This document shows, piece by piece, positions 43,117 to 53,444 of a stretch of DNA of 64,000 nt. Source of the stretch: an uncultured Sangeribacter sp. (GTDB taxonomy: Bacteria; Bacteroidota; Bacteroidia; Bacteroidales; Muribaculaceae). The notes beneath the pieces are model-generated. The model saw nothing but the letters and a program-made list of their open reading frames with translations. It did not search any database and was not told the DNA's origin. The DNA lies in NCBI GenBank assembly GCA_964581685.1, contig CAZOPN010000002.1, positions 29,400 through 93,399 on the forward strand, given 5' to 3'. The first letter of the stretch is position 1; each line of letters begins with the position of its first letter. A program made the translations under genes and the position numbers.

Positions 43117-46100
43117 ATGAATCGAAAACCCAATCTCCAGAGCCGCAAGATGCAGGCTCTGCTGACAGCTCTGGTGCTGACAGCAGGTGGCGGAAGTGTT
43201 ATGACTTCTTACGCCGCGCCGGCAGCAACAGTCGCTACAACAGAGAGGACAGTAAAGGGAACCGTTGTCGATGATAGCGGAGAACCTGTAATCGGAGCCA
43301 CAGTAATGGTGCCCGGAACATCGATCGGTACAGCAACCGATCTTGACGGAAATTTCACTATTAATGTGGGAAGCCATAAGGAACTTCAGGTTTCTTATAT
43401 CGGTTACAAAACAATCAAGGTACCCCTCGATGGAAAAACTCAATTGAACATTGTCTTAACGGAAGATAGCAGTCTTCTCGATGAAGTGGTGGTTGTCGGT
43501 TATGGTACGCAGAAGAAAGCTACTATGACCGGTGCCGTTACTGTTGTCGGAAGCCAGCAGCTGGAAAGCAAGGGAACTCTTGCAAGTCCTGTACAGGCTA
43601 TGCAGGGACAGGTTCCCGGTGTGATCGTTACGCGTTCCAATTCTGCTCCCGGTGAGGAAGGGTGGAACATGCAGATCCGTGGTTCTGTTTCAAAAAATGC
43701 CGCAGATCCTCTGGTGATTATTGACGGTGTGGAATATGAAGGAGTTGGAGCACTTAACCAGATCAACCCTTCCGATATCGAGTCGATGAATATTCTTAAG
43801 GATGCTGCCGCTTCAATCTACGGATCGAAGGCAGCCGGTGGTGTGGTGCTGATTACCACAAAGAAAGGTTCTTCCGACCGAGTGAAAGTGGATTACAACG
43901 GTTCTTTCACAGGAAAATTCATCGGTAACCAGCCGCGTCCCGCACGTCTTGTGGATTGGGCTAACGCTCAGATCGAAGCTTATCGTAACGATGGGTATGA
44001 TGATACTTACGACCGTATCCGCTGGTGTCAGATGATGATTGAATATAAAGACCAGTATATCAACTTCGACAATACAGCCAACCCGATCAATATGTTCGGC
44101 GATACGGCAGATCTTACTTTCTTCGATACAGACTGGAATGAGATTCTCTGGGGCAATTCCTGGTCGACGAGTCATGACCTGGCAGTTTCAGGCGGAAATG
44201 ATAAAAACACTTATCGTGTGTCGGCCGCTTACATGTATGATGATTCAAACTTGAAATGGGGTAATAACCATAACAACCGTTTCAATATACGTTTGAACAA
44301 TACTTTCAAATTTCATGAGAAATTCTCATTAACCTCATCAATCGCTCTTAACCGTCAGGATCAGGTTGCACCGACACGAATTGGAGCTTGTCTTACTTCT
44401 TCTACGGCTCAGCCCGGTTTCCCGTCTTCGACAATCGATGGCAAGCCTTACGGATGGGGTGGCAACTGGAAAGCGCCCAACTGGGAAGCTGAGCTTGGTG
44501 GCGATAATAAATATAAAGCCGTTTCGGTGAATGTCAGCGAGGCATTCCGCTATGATATCATTACGGGTCTCAGCCTAAATGCAACCTTCGGTTACAACTA
44601 TCGTGGCAATACCCGCGACAAGAAGAGTCTGGCAGTCGACTATTATAACTATGCGGGCGACAAAGTTTGGTTCACCGACCCGACAGAAGATAAGACAAGT
44701 TACGAGAAATGGTGGGACAAGCGTGAACTCTTCACCGGTCAGGGTTATCTTGATTATAATTCCACATTCGGTCAAGACCATAATTTCAAGGCAATGGCCG
44801 GTGTGCAGTATACCTTCACTGACTATGAGGCTAATACCAATACCGCTCTCGACATCACTCCTTCACTTGAAATCGTGAATGGTCAGGGTCTCCACACAAT
44901 CACGGCAAGTAAATGGCAGGAAGCACTCCTTTCTTACTATGCACGTCTCAATTATGACTTCCGTTCGAAATATCTTTTCGAGGCTCAGGCCCGTTACGAC
45001 GGTAGCTCGAAATTCAAACCCGAAAATCGATGGGCTTTCTTCTGGGGAGTATCGGCCGGTTGGCGAATCACGGAGGAGAACTTTATGCAGGGTGTTCGTG
45101 AATGGCTTTCAGAACTTAAACTCCGTGCCTCTTACGGTAATGTCGGAAACCAGAGCGGTATAGACCGTTATTCCGGTGTCGGACTCTATAATTTCAAACC
45201 TAACCAGAACATTATTATTGGTAACGGTAAGATTTCATGGATTGATACTAACGGTAAACTTGTTTCAATCGACAGAACATGGGAACGTGTACACAATTAT
45301 AACGTTGCTCTTGATTTCGGCTTCTTCAATAACCGTCTGAGCGGTACATTCGAGGCTTACTGGAAGAGAACCAACAATATGCTTATCGACGTTATCTATC
45401 CCGGTGTGCTTGGTGATGCTGCTCCGACAGCCAATAAAGGAAAATTCAAAGCATGGGGTTATGACGTTAATGCAAACTGGCGCGATCAGATCGGCAAGGT
45501 GCAATATCACATCGGCGGTACATTCACATATACCGACAACCGTCTGCTCGACAATGGTGGCTCAGGCGCAATCGGTGCCGGAGTGAAATCTGATCGCGAG
45601 GGTTATCCTCTGAACTCAGTCTGGGGTCTCCGTTATTGCGGCAAGATAGAGAATGAAGAGATGCTTGCAAAATATCAGGATCGTTACGCCGCAACAACAA
45701 CTATCGGAAATATCCAGAAGATCCGCGTAGGTTCAAATATGTATGAAGATGTAAATAAAGATGGTAAACTCGACTATAACGACCTTGTATATCTTGGAAC
45801 GGATGATCCGAAGATTCAGTTCTCATTCAATTTCGGAGTAAATTGGAACGGTTTTGATCTGGATGTGGTGTTCCAGGGTGCCGGCCGTCGTACGGTTTGG
45901 CGTCAGCAAGGCAATTCGGCCGACGGATGGAGAATCCCGACAAGAACATGGTATCAGAACTTCTCAGATCACTTCATCGGCAATGTATGGAGTCCTGAAA
46001 ATCCTGACGGATATTATTGTCCGCTCACACATGAAAGCGATATCAATAATTACAACTACCAGTGTTCTTCCTGGTCGGTAGAAGATGGTTCTTATCTCCG

Positions 46101-46317
46101 TCTGAAGAATATCACACTTGGATATTCGCTTCCTCAGTCGCTTCTCGTCCGTCAGAAAGTTCTTTCTCAGGTGAGATTCTATGTAACAGGAACAGATCTT
46201 TGGGAAACTTCGAAAATCAAAGATGGTTGGGATCCCGAGGCCTCGCGCAACGTGACCAATTCAAACCGTTATCCTTTCCTGCGTAACGTAACATTCGGTG
46301 TTCATCTCTCATTCTAA
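43117..46317 (+). CDS. SusC-family TonB-dependent outer-membrane transporter
   Basis: Start set at MNRKPNLQSRKMQALLTALVL. CarboxypepD_reg-like domain (VKGTVVDDSGEPVIGATVMV), TonB box/plug (DEVVVVGYGTQKK), C-terminal ...NVTFGVHLSF. No STN domain between the signal peptide and the first domain. Confidence 0.92.
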   Translation: MNRKPNLQSRKMQALLTALVLTAGGGSVMTSYAAPAATVATTERTVKGTVVDDSGEPVIGATVMVPGTSIGTATDLDGNFTINVGSHKELQVSYIGYKTIKVPLDGKTQLNIVLTEDSSLLDEVVVVGYGTQKKATMTGAVTVVGSQQLESKGTLASPVQAMQGQVPGVIVTRSNSAPGEEGWNMQIRGSVSKNAADPLVIIDGVEYEGVGALNQINPSDIESMNILKDAAASIYGSKAAGGVVLITTKKGSSDRVKVDYNGSFTGKFIGNQPRPARLVDWANAQIEAYRNDGYDDTYDRIRWCQMMIEYKDQYINFDNTANPINMFGDTADLTFFDTDWNEILWGNSWSTSHDLAVSGGNDKNTYRVSAAYMYDDSNLKWGNNHNNRFNIRLNNTFKFHEKFSLTSSIALNRQDQVAPTRIGACLTSSTAQPGFPSSTIDGKPYGWGGNWKAPNWEAELGGDNKYKAVSVNVSEAFRYDIITGLSLNATFGYNYRGNTRDKKSLAVDYYNYAGDKVWFTDPTEDKTSYEKWWDKRELFTGQGYLDYNSTFGQDHNFKAMAGVQYTFTDYEANTNTALDITPSLEIVNGQGLHTITASKWQEALLSYYARLNYDFRSKYLFEAQARYDGSSKFKPENRWAFFWGVSAGWRITEENFMQGVREWLSELKLRASYGNVGNQSGIDRYSGVGLYNFKPNQNIIIGNGKISWIDTNGKLVSIDRTWERVHNYNVALDFGFFNNRLSGTFEAYWKRTNNMLIDVIYPGVLGDAAPTANKGKFKAWGYDVNANWRDQIGKVQYHIGGTFTYTDNRLLDNGGSGAIGAGVKSDREGYPLNSVWGLRYCGKIENEEMLAKYQDRYAATTTIGNIQKIRVGSNMYEDVNKDGKLDYNDLVYLGTDDPKIQFSFNFGVNWNGFDLDVVFQGAGRRTVWRQQGNSADGWRIPTRTWYQNFSDHFIGNVWSPENPDGYYCPLTHESDINNYNYQCSSWSVEDGSYLRLKNITLGYSLPQSLLVRQKVLSQVRFYVTGTDLWETSKIKDGWDPEASRNVTNSNRYPFLRNVTFGVHLSF

Positions 46318-46337
46318 TCAAAAAAGACACTAATAAC

Positions 46338-48035
46338 ATGAACAAGATATTAAAAAATATATCGGTAGCGGCTGTGGCACTCCTCTGCTCATCCTGTCTC
46401 AATCTCGATCCGCAGGACCAGATGGCCGATACCAATCTCTGGCAGTCGGCCAAGGATTTCCAGAGTTTTGCCAATCTTTTCTACAGCTGGACGCCCAATA
46501 TGCAGTCGGTAGCAAAAGACAATGATAAAAACAGCGACTTCATGGTTGATAAGGGTTCCATGAATGTAATTTCCAACGGTACCAATACCGTTCCGAGTTC
46601 TGACGCAACCTATACAGATGCCTATAAACATATCCGTCGCTGCAATATCCTTATGGAAGCTGCTTCCGGATTTGGTAACCAGCGTGATATCGCGAAACCT
46701 CTCGGTGAAGCTTACTTCTTCAGGGCCTATAGTTATTTCACCCTGCTTAAGAATTATGGCGATGCCATAATAGTGAAGAATACTCTCGACGTTACGAGCG
46801 GGGAACTTCAGGCAGCGCGTAATCCACGCAGTGAGGTTTGTGATCTTATTCTTGAGGATCTTGATAAGGCTATTGAACTCCTTCCTTCTGTCAGTCTGGT
46901 TGATGCAGGCTATGTAGGAATGGAGACGGCTGCCGCCCTAAGAGCAAGGGTTGCACTTTTCGAAGGAACCTGGCAGAAATTCCGTGGTAACAACGACCGT
47001 GCAAAAGTGCTTCTTGATGAAGCTGCTAAATCAGCAAAGATGGTGATCGATTCCAAAACATTCTCTATTTTCAAACCGGCACAGCTTGGCACAGAAGCTT
47101 ACAAGTATATGTTCATTCTTGAGGACGTGCCTTGCAACCCGGCCGGTCTCACCAAGAGTGCCAATACAGAATATATCTGGACTCGCCGTTACAATTCGAC
47201 AGTTCCTATCGGTTTCAATATAACGACAGAGTGTTTGATGAATGCGCAGCTCGTATCTCACAAGGTTGCCGATATGTATCTCTGTTCTGACGGTCTTCCC
47301 ATCGAAAAGTCCCCGCTCTTCAAAGGTTACGATACGAAAATTTCCGAATGGCAGAACCGCGACAATCGTATGAGCAATGCGCTCTGTCGTCCCGGAGAAA
47401 AATTCTGGAAAGGTGATGATCCTAACGGAGGCCGTGATTTTACGGAATCAGATGATTCGCGTGCATACGTTTCAAACTTCTCTCCCGCAAGCGGAACCGG
47501 TTATTTCGGTCAGAAATGGGCCTGTGAGCGCATGGTGACATCCGGTCAGGAAGCATACGATCTGCCTCTTATCCGTTATGCTGAAGTATTGTTGATATAC
47601 GCAGAAGCTGTCTATGAAAGAGATGAGGCGATCACAGATGAAGATCTGAACATTTCTCTTAATCTTGTCCGTAAGCGTGTAAATCCCAATATGCCAAATC
47701 TTTCCAATGCTTTTGTAGCGGCCAATGGTCTTGACATGCGCACGGAGATCCGTCGAGAGAGAAGTGTGGAACTTTATGCCGAGGGATTCCGTCTGGATGA
47801 TCTGCGTCGTTGGAAAACAGCAGAAACTGAGATGCCTCAGGATTTTGTGGGAGTACACGTTACAGGTACCGAGTTTGGTCGTACCAACTTCCCCGCAGCG
47901 CGTAAGGATGCAGAAGGACGCGTAATCTGGGAAAGCGGTCGCCAGTGGGCTGAGAAAAATTATCTCTTCCCTTTACCTGTAGATCAGCTCCTTTTGAATA
48001 AGAATCTCAAGCAGAATCCCGGATGGGCAAGCTAA
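46338..48035 (+). CDS. SusD/RagB-family outer-membrane lipoprotein
   Basis: 565 aa. Lipobox LLCSSC. Typical SusD motifs (RAYSYFTLLKNYGDAII, IRYAEVLLIYAEA, ERSVELYAEGFRLDDLRRW, NPGW). Follows SusC by 20 nt. Confidence 0.92.
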   Translation: MNKILKNISVAAVALLCSSCLNLDPQDQMADTNLWQSAKDFQSFANLFYSWTPNMQSVAKDNDKNSDFMVDKGSMNVISNGTNTVPSSDATYTDAYKHIRRCNILMEAASGFGNQRDIAKPLGEAYFFRAYSYFTLLKNYGDAIIVKNTLDVTSGELQAARNPRSEVCDLILEDLDKAIELLPSVSLVDAGYVGMETAAALRARVALFEGTWQKFRGNNDRAKVLLDEAAKSAKMVIDSKTFSIFKPAQLGTEAYKYMFILEDVPCNPAGLTKSANTEYIWTRRYNSTVPIGFNITTECLMNAQLVSHKVADMYLCSDGLPIEKSPLFKGYDTKISEWQNRDNRMSNALCRPGEKFWKGDDPNGGRDFTESDDSRAYVSNFSPASGTGYFGQKWACERMVTSGQEAYDLPLIRYAEVLLIYAEAVYERDEAITDEDLNISLNLVRKRVNPNMPNLSNAFVAANGLDMRTEIRRERSVELYAEGFRLDDLRRWKTAETEMPQDFVGVHVTGTEFGRTNFPAARKDAEGRVIWESGRQWAEKNYLFPLPVDQLLLNKNLKQNPGWAS

Positions 48036-48061
48036 TCTAACCTGACAAACTAAAAAAAGAC

Positions 48062-49453
48062 ATGAAAGCAAGATATATTTTAAGAGTTCTTCCGCTTGCA
48101 GCCCTTACTATTCTGGCAGCAGCATGTAACGAAGACAAACTCTATACCACAGATTATACCGAGGTGGTGATGCCTGATGAGATTACATTTAAAGTTAGTG
48201 ATGTTCTTCCTCTGGCTGTCGGAATGGATTCGACCTTGGTTTACACCGTGGGTCCTGAAAATGCAAAGGATCTGCCAATTATTTTCAAATCGTCGGACGA
48301 AAAGGTTGCAACTGTTGATCAGGATGGAACCATACATGCCAAGGCACTTGGTGAGTGTCTGATAACGGCAGTTCCCGAACGACTTGGTTTCGGGGCAACA
48401 GGAACAGTGACAGTCAAGGTTATTCCCGAGATTATCAAGGTTAGTGAAGTTAAACTTGAAAATACAACCGAACCGGGTGAGGATGGCAAGATTTATGAAA
48501 CAGATATAATACAGCTCAAGCCCACACTTGTTCCTGAGAACCATACATACGATTATGTTACCTGGAAATCGTCTGATCCTTCAAAAGCAACGGTTGATGA
48601 AAACGGTCAGGTTACGTGTGTAGGGAACGGAGATGTAGCCATCTATTGTTACACTCACGACAAAGGTAATATTAAAGGAGTGTTTAACCTTCATATCGAT
48701 CCCTACGTGGCGGTTCAGAGTATCAAGGTTAATTCGAATCTTGAAGGCCTTTCACTCCCCGGCATGCCCGTCATGGCTGATGTTACTTATTTCCCGGCCG
48801 GAGCAACAATCGGTTCTGTGGATTGGGAGACAAACGACGATAAAATTTGTACTGTAGATCGTGGCCGTGTCACTGCTGTCGGTTTTGGATCAACCACGGT
48901 TGTCGCAACATGTCGTGCTACCGGAGAGACGGCTACAATTGAAGTTACCGTAACACCCGGTCTATACTACTGGGGTCCTGAAAATAAGTGGAGCGGCTGG
49001 ATCACCTCGAACAACGATGCGGCTGAAGAGCGTGGCGATGAGTATTGGAGAATTTACTTCCCCGATGCCGGAACAGGCAAATGGCGCCGCGATATCAAAA
49101 TAGACTGTAATGCCAACAATCTTTTCAACTGGCATAGTGATTATCCGGTCTATGCGCTTAAGACAAACGTTGCCAAGGGAGGTAACAACACATGGGATGT
49201 CCGCGATGCTTCAGGTAAAGATAATGCCGGAACCGATCTTTCAGATGGTAATCGCCTTATCGTATGGGAGGCTGCTGTAGATAAATGGACGGGTAGCCAC
49301 GGATTTAACCTCTTCCAGCTTAAGATTGCTGATATTCCTAATGAAAATGTCGATCCTAACAAGGCATGGTATGATATCTTCTGGATCCGTTCATTCAAGA
49401 GTAAAGAGGAAGCAATCAAATTTGCGGAAAATGAGATTTCAGCCGGAAAATAA
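48062..49453 (+). CDS. Surface lipoprotein with three Big_2 Ig-like domains plus a C-terminal domain of unknown function (SGBP candidate)
   Basis: 463 aa. Lipobox ILAAAC-NEDK. Big_2 signatures VATVDQDGTIHAKALGECLITAV, ATVDENGQVTCVGNGDVAIYCY and CTVDRGRVTAVGFGSTTVVATC. Confidence 0.7.
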   Translation: MKARYILRVLPLAALTILAAACNEDKLYTTDYTEVVMPDEITFKVSDVLPLAVGMDSTLVYTVGPENAKDLPIIFKSSDEKVATVDQDGTIHAKALGECLITAVPERLGFGATGTVTVKVIPEIIKVSEVKLENTTEPGEDGKIYETDIIQLKPTLVPENHTYDYVTWKSSDPSKATVDENGQVTCVGNGDVAIYCYTHDKGNIKGVFNLHIDPYVAVQSIKVNSNLEGLSLPGMPVMADVTYFPAGATIGSVDWETNDDKICTVDRGRVTAVGFGSTTVVATCRATGETATIEVTVTPGLYYWGPENKWSGWITSNNDAAEERGDEYWRIYFPDAGTGKWRRDIKIDCNANNLFNWHSDYPVYALKTNVAKGGNNTWDVRDASGKDNAGTDLSDGNRLIVWEAAVDKWTGSHGFNLFQLKIADIPNENVDPNKAWYDIFWIRSFKSKEEAIKFAENEISAGK

Positions 49454-49475
49454 ACTTTAAACATTATCAGACACA

Positions 49476-50786
49476 ATGAAAACAAATAAATATCTAACGC
49501 TCTTTGCAGGAGTAGCCATGGTTTCCATGGCATCCTGCTCTGAGATCGAGCATGGTGTAAACGATATGGATAGCTGGGAAGAGATAGCTAAGCCTCAGGT
49601 TTATACTATTCAGCATCCGGCAATGCTTCATTCAAAAGCCGATATCGATTATGTAAAATCAAATCTTTCTCGTTCTCCGTGGAAAGAGGCATGGGATCTT
49701 CTTGTTGCCAATCCATATTCCGATGTGAACCGTGCACCAAGTCCCCAGAAGCTTATTTCGCGTTCTGCCAGCGATGCTATCTGTCCGGGAAACGGTACGG
49801 TTTTCGGTCGTGATTGTGCAGCCATGTATCAGCTTGCGCTCCGATATGTTCTTCAGGGAGACGGAGCCGCTGCAAATCGTGCAATCTCTGATATAATGGC
49901 ATGGGTAGATTTTTGTGATGGCGTCTACAATAACAATGATACAAACCAGCAGTTAATTCTTTTTCAAATTTATCAGATAGCCAACGCTATGGAGCTTCTC
50001 CGCGATTATAATAATTGGGGAGAGAGCGACGACTTCAAGAAAGCGTGCGATTGGCTTGTTGATAAATTCTACGATCGTGCCCATGATTTTCTTATCCGTC
50101 ATAACAACACCACCGACCATTATTGGCTTAACTGGGATCTGGCTTCCATGACGGCAATACTATCTATGGGTATTCTGACTGATAATCAGGATATGATAAA
50201 TGAGGCAATCATCTATTTCAAGAATGGTATCGGTTCCGGCAATCATCTGAAAGCAGCCAATTTCGTTTATGATGACCCTGACTCGGATATCAAGATCGCT
50301 CAGTGTAATGAATCGGGCCGTGATCAGGGCCATGCCACACTCTGTATGTCGCTTATGGGAGCTTTCTGCCAGATGGCTTATAACATTGGAGAAGACCTCT
50401 TTGCATACGATAACCATCGTATGGTTGCCATGGCTGAATATACTGCAAAATATAATTGTCCGCGTCCGGGCATTGACAATCCTCTTGGTGAGGGAGATTT
50501 CCTTCATACCACTGCCAGCCTACCTTATACAAGCTATATATGGTGTCCGGACAGTAACAATCCGACCGGTGAGCGCACTCAGCTTGGAGCTGATGGACGT
50601 GGTAAAAAGAGACCGGGATGGGAAATTTGGCGTTCATACGGTCGTCGCACCGGCTTTAAGACAATCTACATTGATGAATTCGCTGATTATCTGATGCCTG
50701 ATGAGGGTGCCGGTATTTACGATGTCAATTCCGGAGGTTTTGACCAAACGGGATGCTCTACACTGATGTTCTATCGCGATAAGTGA
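49476..50786 (+). CDS. Lipoprotein, alginate-lyase-fold (alpha/alpha toroid) polysaccharide-lyase-like
   Basis: 436 aa. Lipobox SMASC-SE. HPAMLHSKADIDYVK entry motif, NWDLASMTAILSMGILTDN and NESGRDQGHATL. Paralogous to 60347-61942. Family not resolved. Confidence 0.5.
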   Translation: MKTNKYLTLFAGVAMVSMASCSEIEHGVNDMDSWEEIAKPQVYTIQHPAMLHSKADIDYVKSNLSRSPWKEAWDLLVANPYSDVNRAPSPQKLISRSASDAICPGNGTVFGRDCAAMYQLALRYVLQGDGAAANRAISDIMAWVDFCDGVYNNNDTNQQLILFQIYQIANAMELLRDYNNWGESDDFKKACDWLVDKFYDRAHDFLIRHNNTTDHYWLNWDLASMTAILSMGILTDNQDMINEAIIYFKNGIGSGNHLKAANFVYDDPDSDIKIAQCNESGRDQGHATLCMSLMGAFCQMAYNIGEDLFAYDNHRMVAMAEYTAKYNCPRPGIDNPLGEGDFLHTTASLPYTSYIWCPDSNNPTGERTQLGADGRGKKRPGWEIWRSYGRRTGFKTIYIDEFADYLMPDEGAGIYDVNSGGFDQTGCSTLMFYRDK

Positions 50787-50957
50787 AAAATTATATAGAA
50801 GAGTAGAAAGTTTTGAGTAATTTAGGTTAAGGTGAGAGGCTGCTCCGGGTTCATTTCGGGGCAGCTTCTTTCTTATTTGGATTTTTAAGTATATTTGTAG
50901 CCGTAATCGTAGAAATATATATCGTAAGTGTTGAAACATATCTTCAAAAGATTATAG

Positions 50958-53237
50958 ATGAAAAAGAAAATATTGATTATTGCTTCCTTGCTACTTGGTT
51001 CATCAGCTCTTTTTGCGGAAATAAAGCACCCGTCTTTGCTTTTCACTCCTGAACGCGTAGAGAGGGCAAAGCAACTCTCGAACAACGATTCGGTCTATTC
51101 GGCAGCTCGTAAAAGTATAGAAAGTCAGGCCGAGACACTCCTTTTAAAAAACGATGTGAGGAAGATGGAATATCTGGCTTTGGCTTATCAACTTACGGGC
51201 GACCGCCGATATAGCGATAAGTTGCGTGATATGCTTCTTTCCGTTTCTGAGATTCCTACATGGGAAGACTCGGAAATGATGCAACGTGATCCGGCATGGA
51301 GAAGCGAGTTGCAGATGGCACATAAGGCTTTTCAGATCGCAGTGGCGTATGATGCCATATATAATACACTTTCCGGCTCCGACCGGAAGAAAATCGCACA
51401 AGGGGTTTATCGTCTGGCTGTCGAGCCTCTTTTAGGAGATTGGCTCATGGATCCTTCCCGTATCCATTCGTTAAACTCGATGGGGCATAACTGGTGGACC
51501 TCCTGCGTTGGGATGGGAGGCCTCTTGGCCCTGGCGATTTCCAACGAGGTTCCTGAAGCCGGGGATATGGCCCGGAAAGCAGTGGAGGCTCTTCCGGAAT
51601 GGTTTGAGTTTGCCGGAGATGATATCCAGCACAAATCGCGTAATTTCGATCGCGAGGGGGGAATGTATGAGAGTATCAACTATGCGAGTTTCGGAATAAC
51701 GGAAGCTCTGCTGCTGAGGCTTGCATGGCTCAACAGTCATCCCGGTTCGAAGCTTGAGGATATTCCTCAGATGAAAAAACTTGCTTCATTTTTCAGTCAC
51801 GCTTCCTATCCGCGCGAAGGAATGCTTTACAGCATTAATTTCGGCGACAGCCATAAGAACGTGACAGGGGAGAGTTCGATGTTGCTTGCATACGCTATGG
51901 GTGAGAAAGACCCTGTAGCATTATGGTATGCAAAACAGGTAGAACCGGGCCAGCATAGAGAGGGGTTCCCGATTATTTTTCCTATGGGTTTCCTTTATAC
52001 CCCCGATCTTGATAAAGCTCCTTCTTCACCCGACCTCCCGACGTCTCATCTATGGCAGGATTTCGGGTGGGCTACCATGCGTGATAACTGGGATAAGGAT
52101 GCGACTATGCTTGCCGTCAAAAGCGGTATGACTTGGAATCATGCGCATGCGGATGCCAATTCATTGATCCTTTTTCATAAGGGAACGGATATTATAAAGG
52201 ATGCCGGTAACTGCAGCTATGGCAAACCGGAATACCGTAATTATTTCTTCCAGACGGATGCTCACAATGTCGTTAAGTTCAACGGAAAGGGGCAGAGCCG
52301 TCATCAGCAATATCACGGGTCTCCATTGAGAGGGCATCTGACCGATATGATAGATGCGGGGAGAATTAAATATGTAATGGCTGATGGCACTGGCCCAATG
52401 TCGCAACATCTTTCAAGAAATATGCGTCATTATTTCTGGGTTGATAATGTGATCTATATAATAGATGATCTTGAATCGCATGAGCCCGGACAATTTGAAT
52501 GGCTATGGCATCCGGGAGGAGAAACAAAGAAAAAGGGAGGTGACCTTGTCGTGTCAAAGGATAATTCATCAGTTGTGATAAGGCCATTGTATCCTCAAAC
52601 TCTTGCTCCAAGCAATTATGTCCATGATTATCCGGAACTCCTTTATTGGGAAGTTCTCGAAGGGCCTACGGAAGATCTGTCGGCTACCGAAGAATATTAT
52701 TCCATCAAGATGCCTCAGACTGTTGATAAGGTAAAGGGGGTCACAGCAATTATCCTGAAGGATTCTTTAGCTCAGGCAGAACTTCCCGTCATTCGTAAAA
52801 TAGAAGGGAAGAACTGGATTGGCCTAAGAATGATTAATAAAGGAAAGGTGACCGACATAATCATCAATCAGCTTGCGGACGGGCGTCTGATGCATCTCAA
52901 TTCATGGATAGAGGCTGAAGGATGGACCACGGATGCCTATATGTTTGCCATTACATACGATGAAGGGAAAAATCCCTCTGAAGCCGAGGATATCTTTATA
53001 AGATACGGAAGCAGTCTGCGTAGGGGAGATAAGATATGGTTCTCATCTTTGGCAAAGCTCGATCTGTCGGCACGTGTCGCCGGCAAGATTCTTGATGTGA
53101 TTGTAAAGGGCCAGCCGCGAATAAAGTTCGATATCCGGGATATCGGAAAAACCTCGGCAATAAAAGTCAATGGAAAGAAAATTTCCGCCGGAATTAAAAA
53201 TAGTCTCTTTGAAGTGTCTTTAAAAGGGAATATTTAG
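50958..53237 (+). CDS. Heparinase II/III-family protein (polysaccharide lyase-like)
   Basis: 759 aa. SPI signal, HPSLLFTPERVERAK N-terminal toroid-domain motif, and WNHAHADANSLILFHKGTDIIKDAG (heparinase II/III core). Confidence 0.7.
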   Translation: MKKKILIIASLLLGSSALFAEIKHPSLLFTPERVERAKQLSNNDSVYSAARKSIESQAETLLLKNDVRKMEYLALAYQLTGDRRYSDKLRDMLLSVSEIPTWEDSEMMQRDPAWRSELQMAHKAFQIAVAYDAIYNTLSGSDRKKIAQGVYRLAVEPLLGDWLMDPSRIHSLNSMGHNWWTSCVGMGGLLALAISNEVPEAGDMARKAVEALPEWFEFAGDDIQHKSRNFDREGGMYESINYASFGITEALLLRLAWLNSHPGSKLEDIPQMKKLASFFSHASYPREGMLYSINFGDSHKNVTGESSMLLAYAMGEKDPVALWYAKQVEPGQHREGFPIIFPMGFLYTPDLDKAPSSPDLPTSHLWQDFGWATMRDNWDKDATMLAVKSGMTWNHAHADANSLILFHKGTDIIKDAGNCSYGKPEYRNYFFQTDAHNVVKFNGKGQSRHQQYHGSPLRGHLTDMIDAGRIKYVMADGTGPMSQHLSRNMRHYFWVDNVIYIIDDLESHEPGQFEWLWHPGGETKKKGGDLVVSKDNSSVVIRPLYPQTLAPSNYVHDYPELLYWEVLEGPTEDLSATEEYYSIKMPQTVDKVKGVTAIILKDSLAQAELPVIRKIEGKNWIGLRMINKGKVTDIIINQLADGRLMHLNSWIEAEGWTTDAYMFAITYDEGKNPSEAEDIFIRYGSSLRRGDKIWFSSLAKLDLSARVAGKILDVIVKGQPRIKFDIRDIGKTSAIKVNGKKISAGIKNSLFEVSLKGNI

Positions 53238-53246
53238 GCAGCGAAT
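53236..53246. repeat. Conserved motif, copy d (AGGCAGCGAAT, one arm only), overlapping the TAG stop
   Basis: Reverse complement ATTCGCTGCCT matches the core of copies a, c and e. Confidence 0.35.
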
Positions 53247-53264
53247 AATTATTTATTAACACTA

Positions 53265-53313
53265 CTATCGGAGGGACAAGCCATTTTTAGTGGCTTGTCC
53301 CTCCGATAGTTTT
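53265..53313 (+). terminator. Very strong rho-independent terminator inside the PUL
   Basis: Perfect 19-bp stem CTATCGGAGGGACAAGCCA / TGGCTTGTCCCTCCGATAG, 7-nt loop, then TTTT. Confidence 0.85.
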
Positions 53314-53444
53314 AAGTATTTCTAAAAAAATTCGATTCTTGCATAGTCTGAATTAGGTAATGGGTAAAAGGAATCCGTATTAGATAGAGAAAACCGGGAT
53401 ATATAGGCCGGATGATATTACGAATATATTTTTAAATCAGATAT

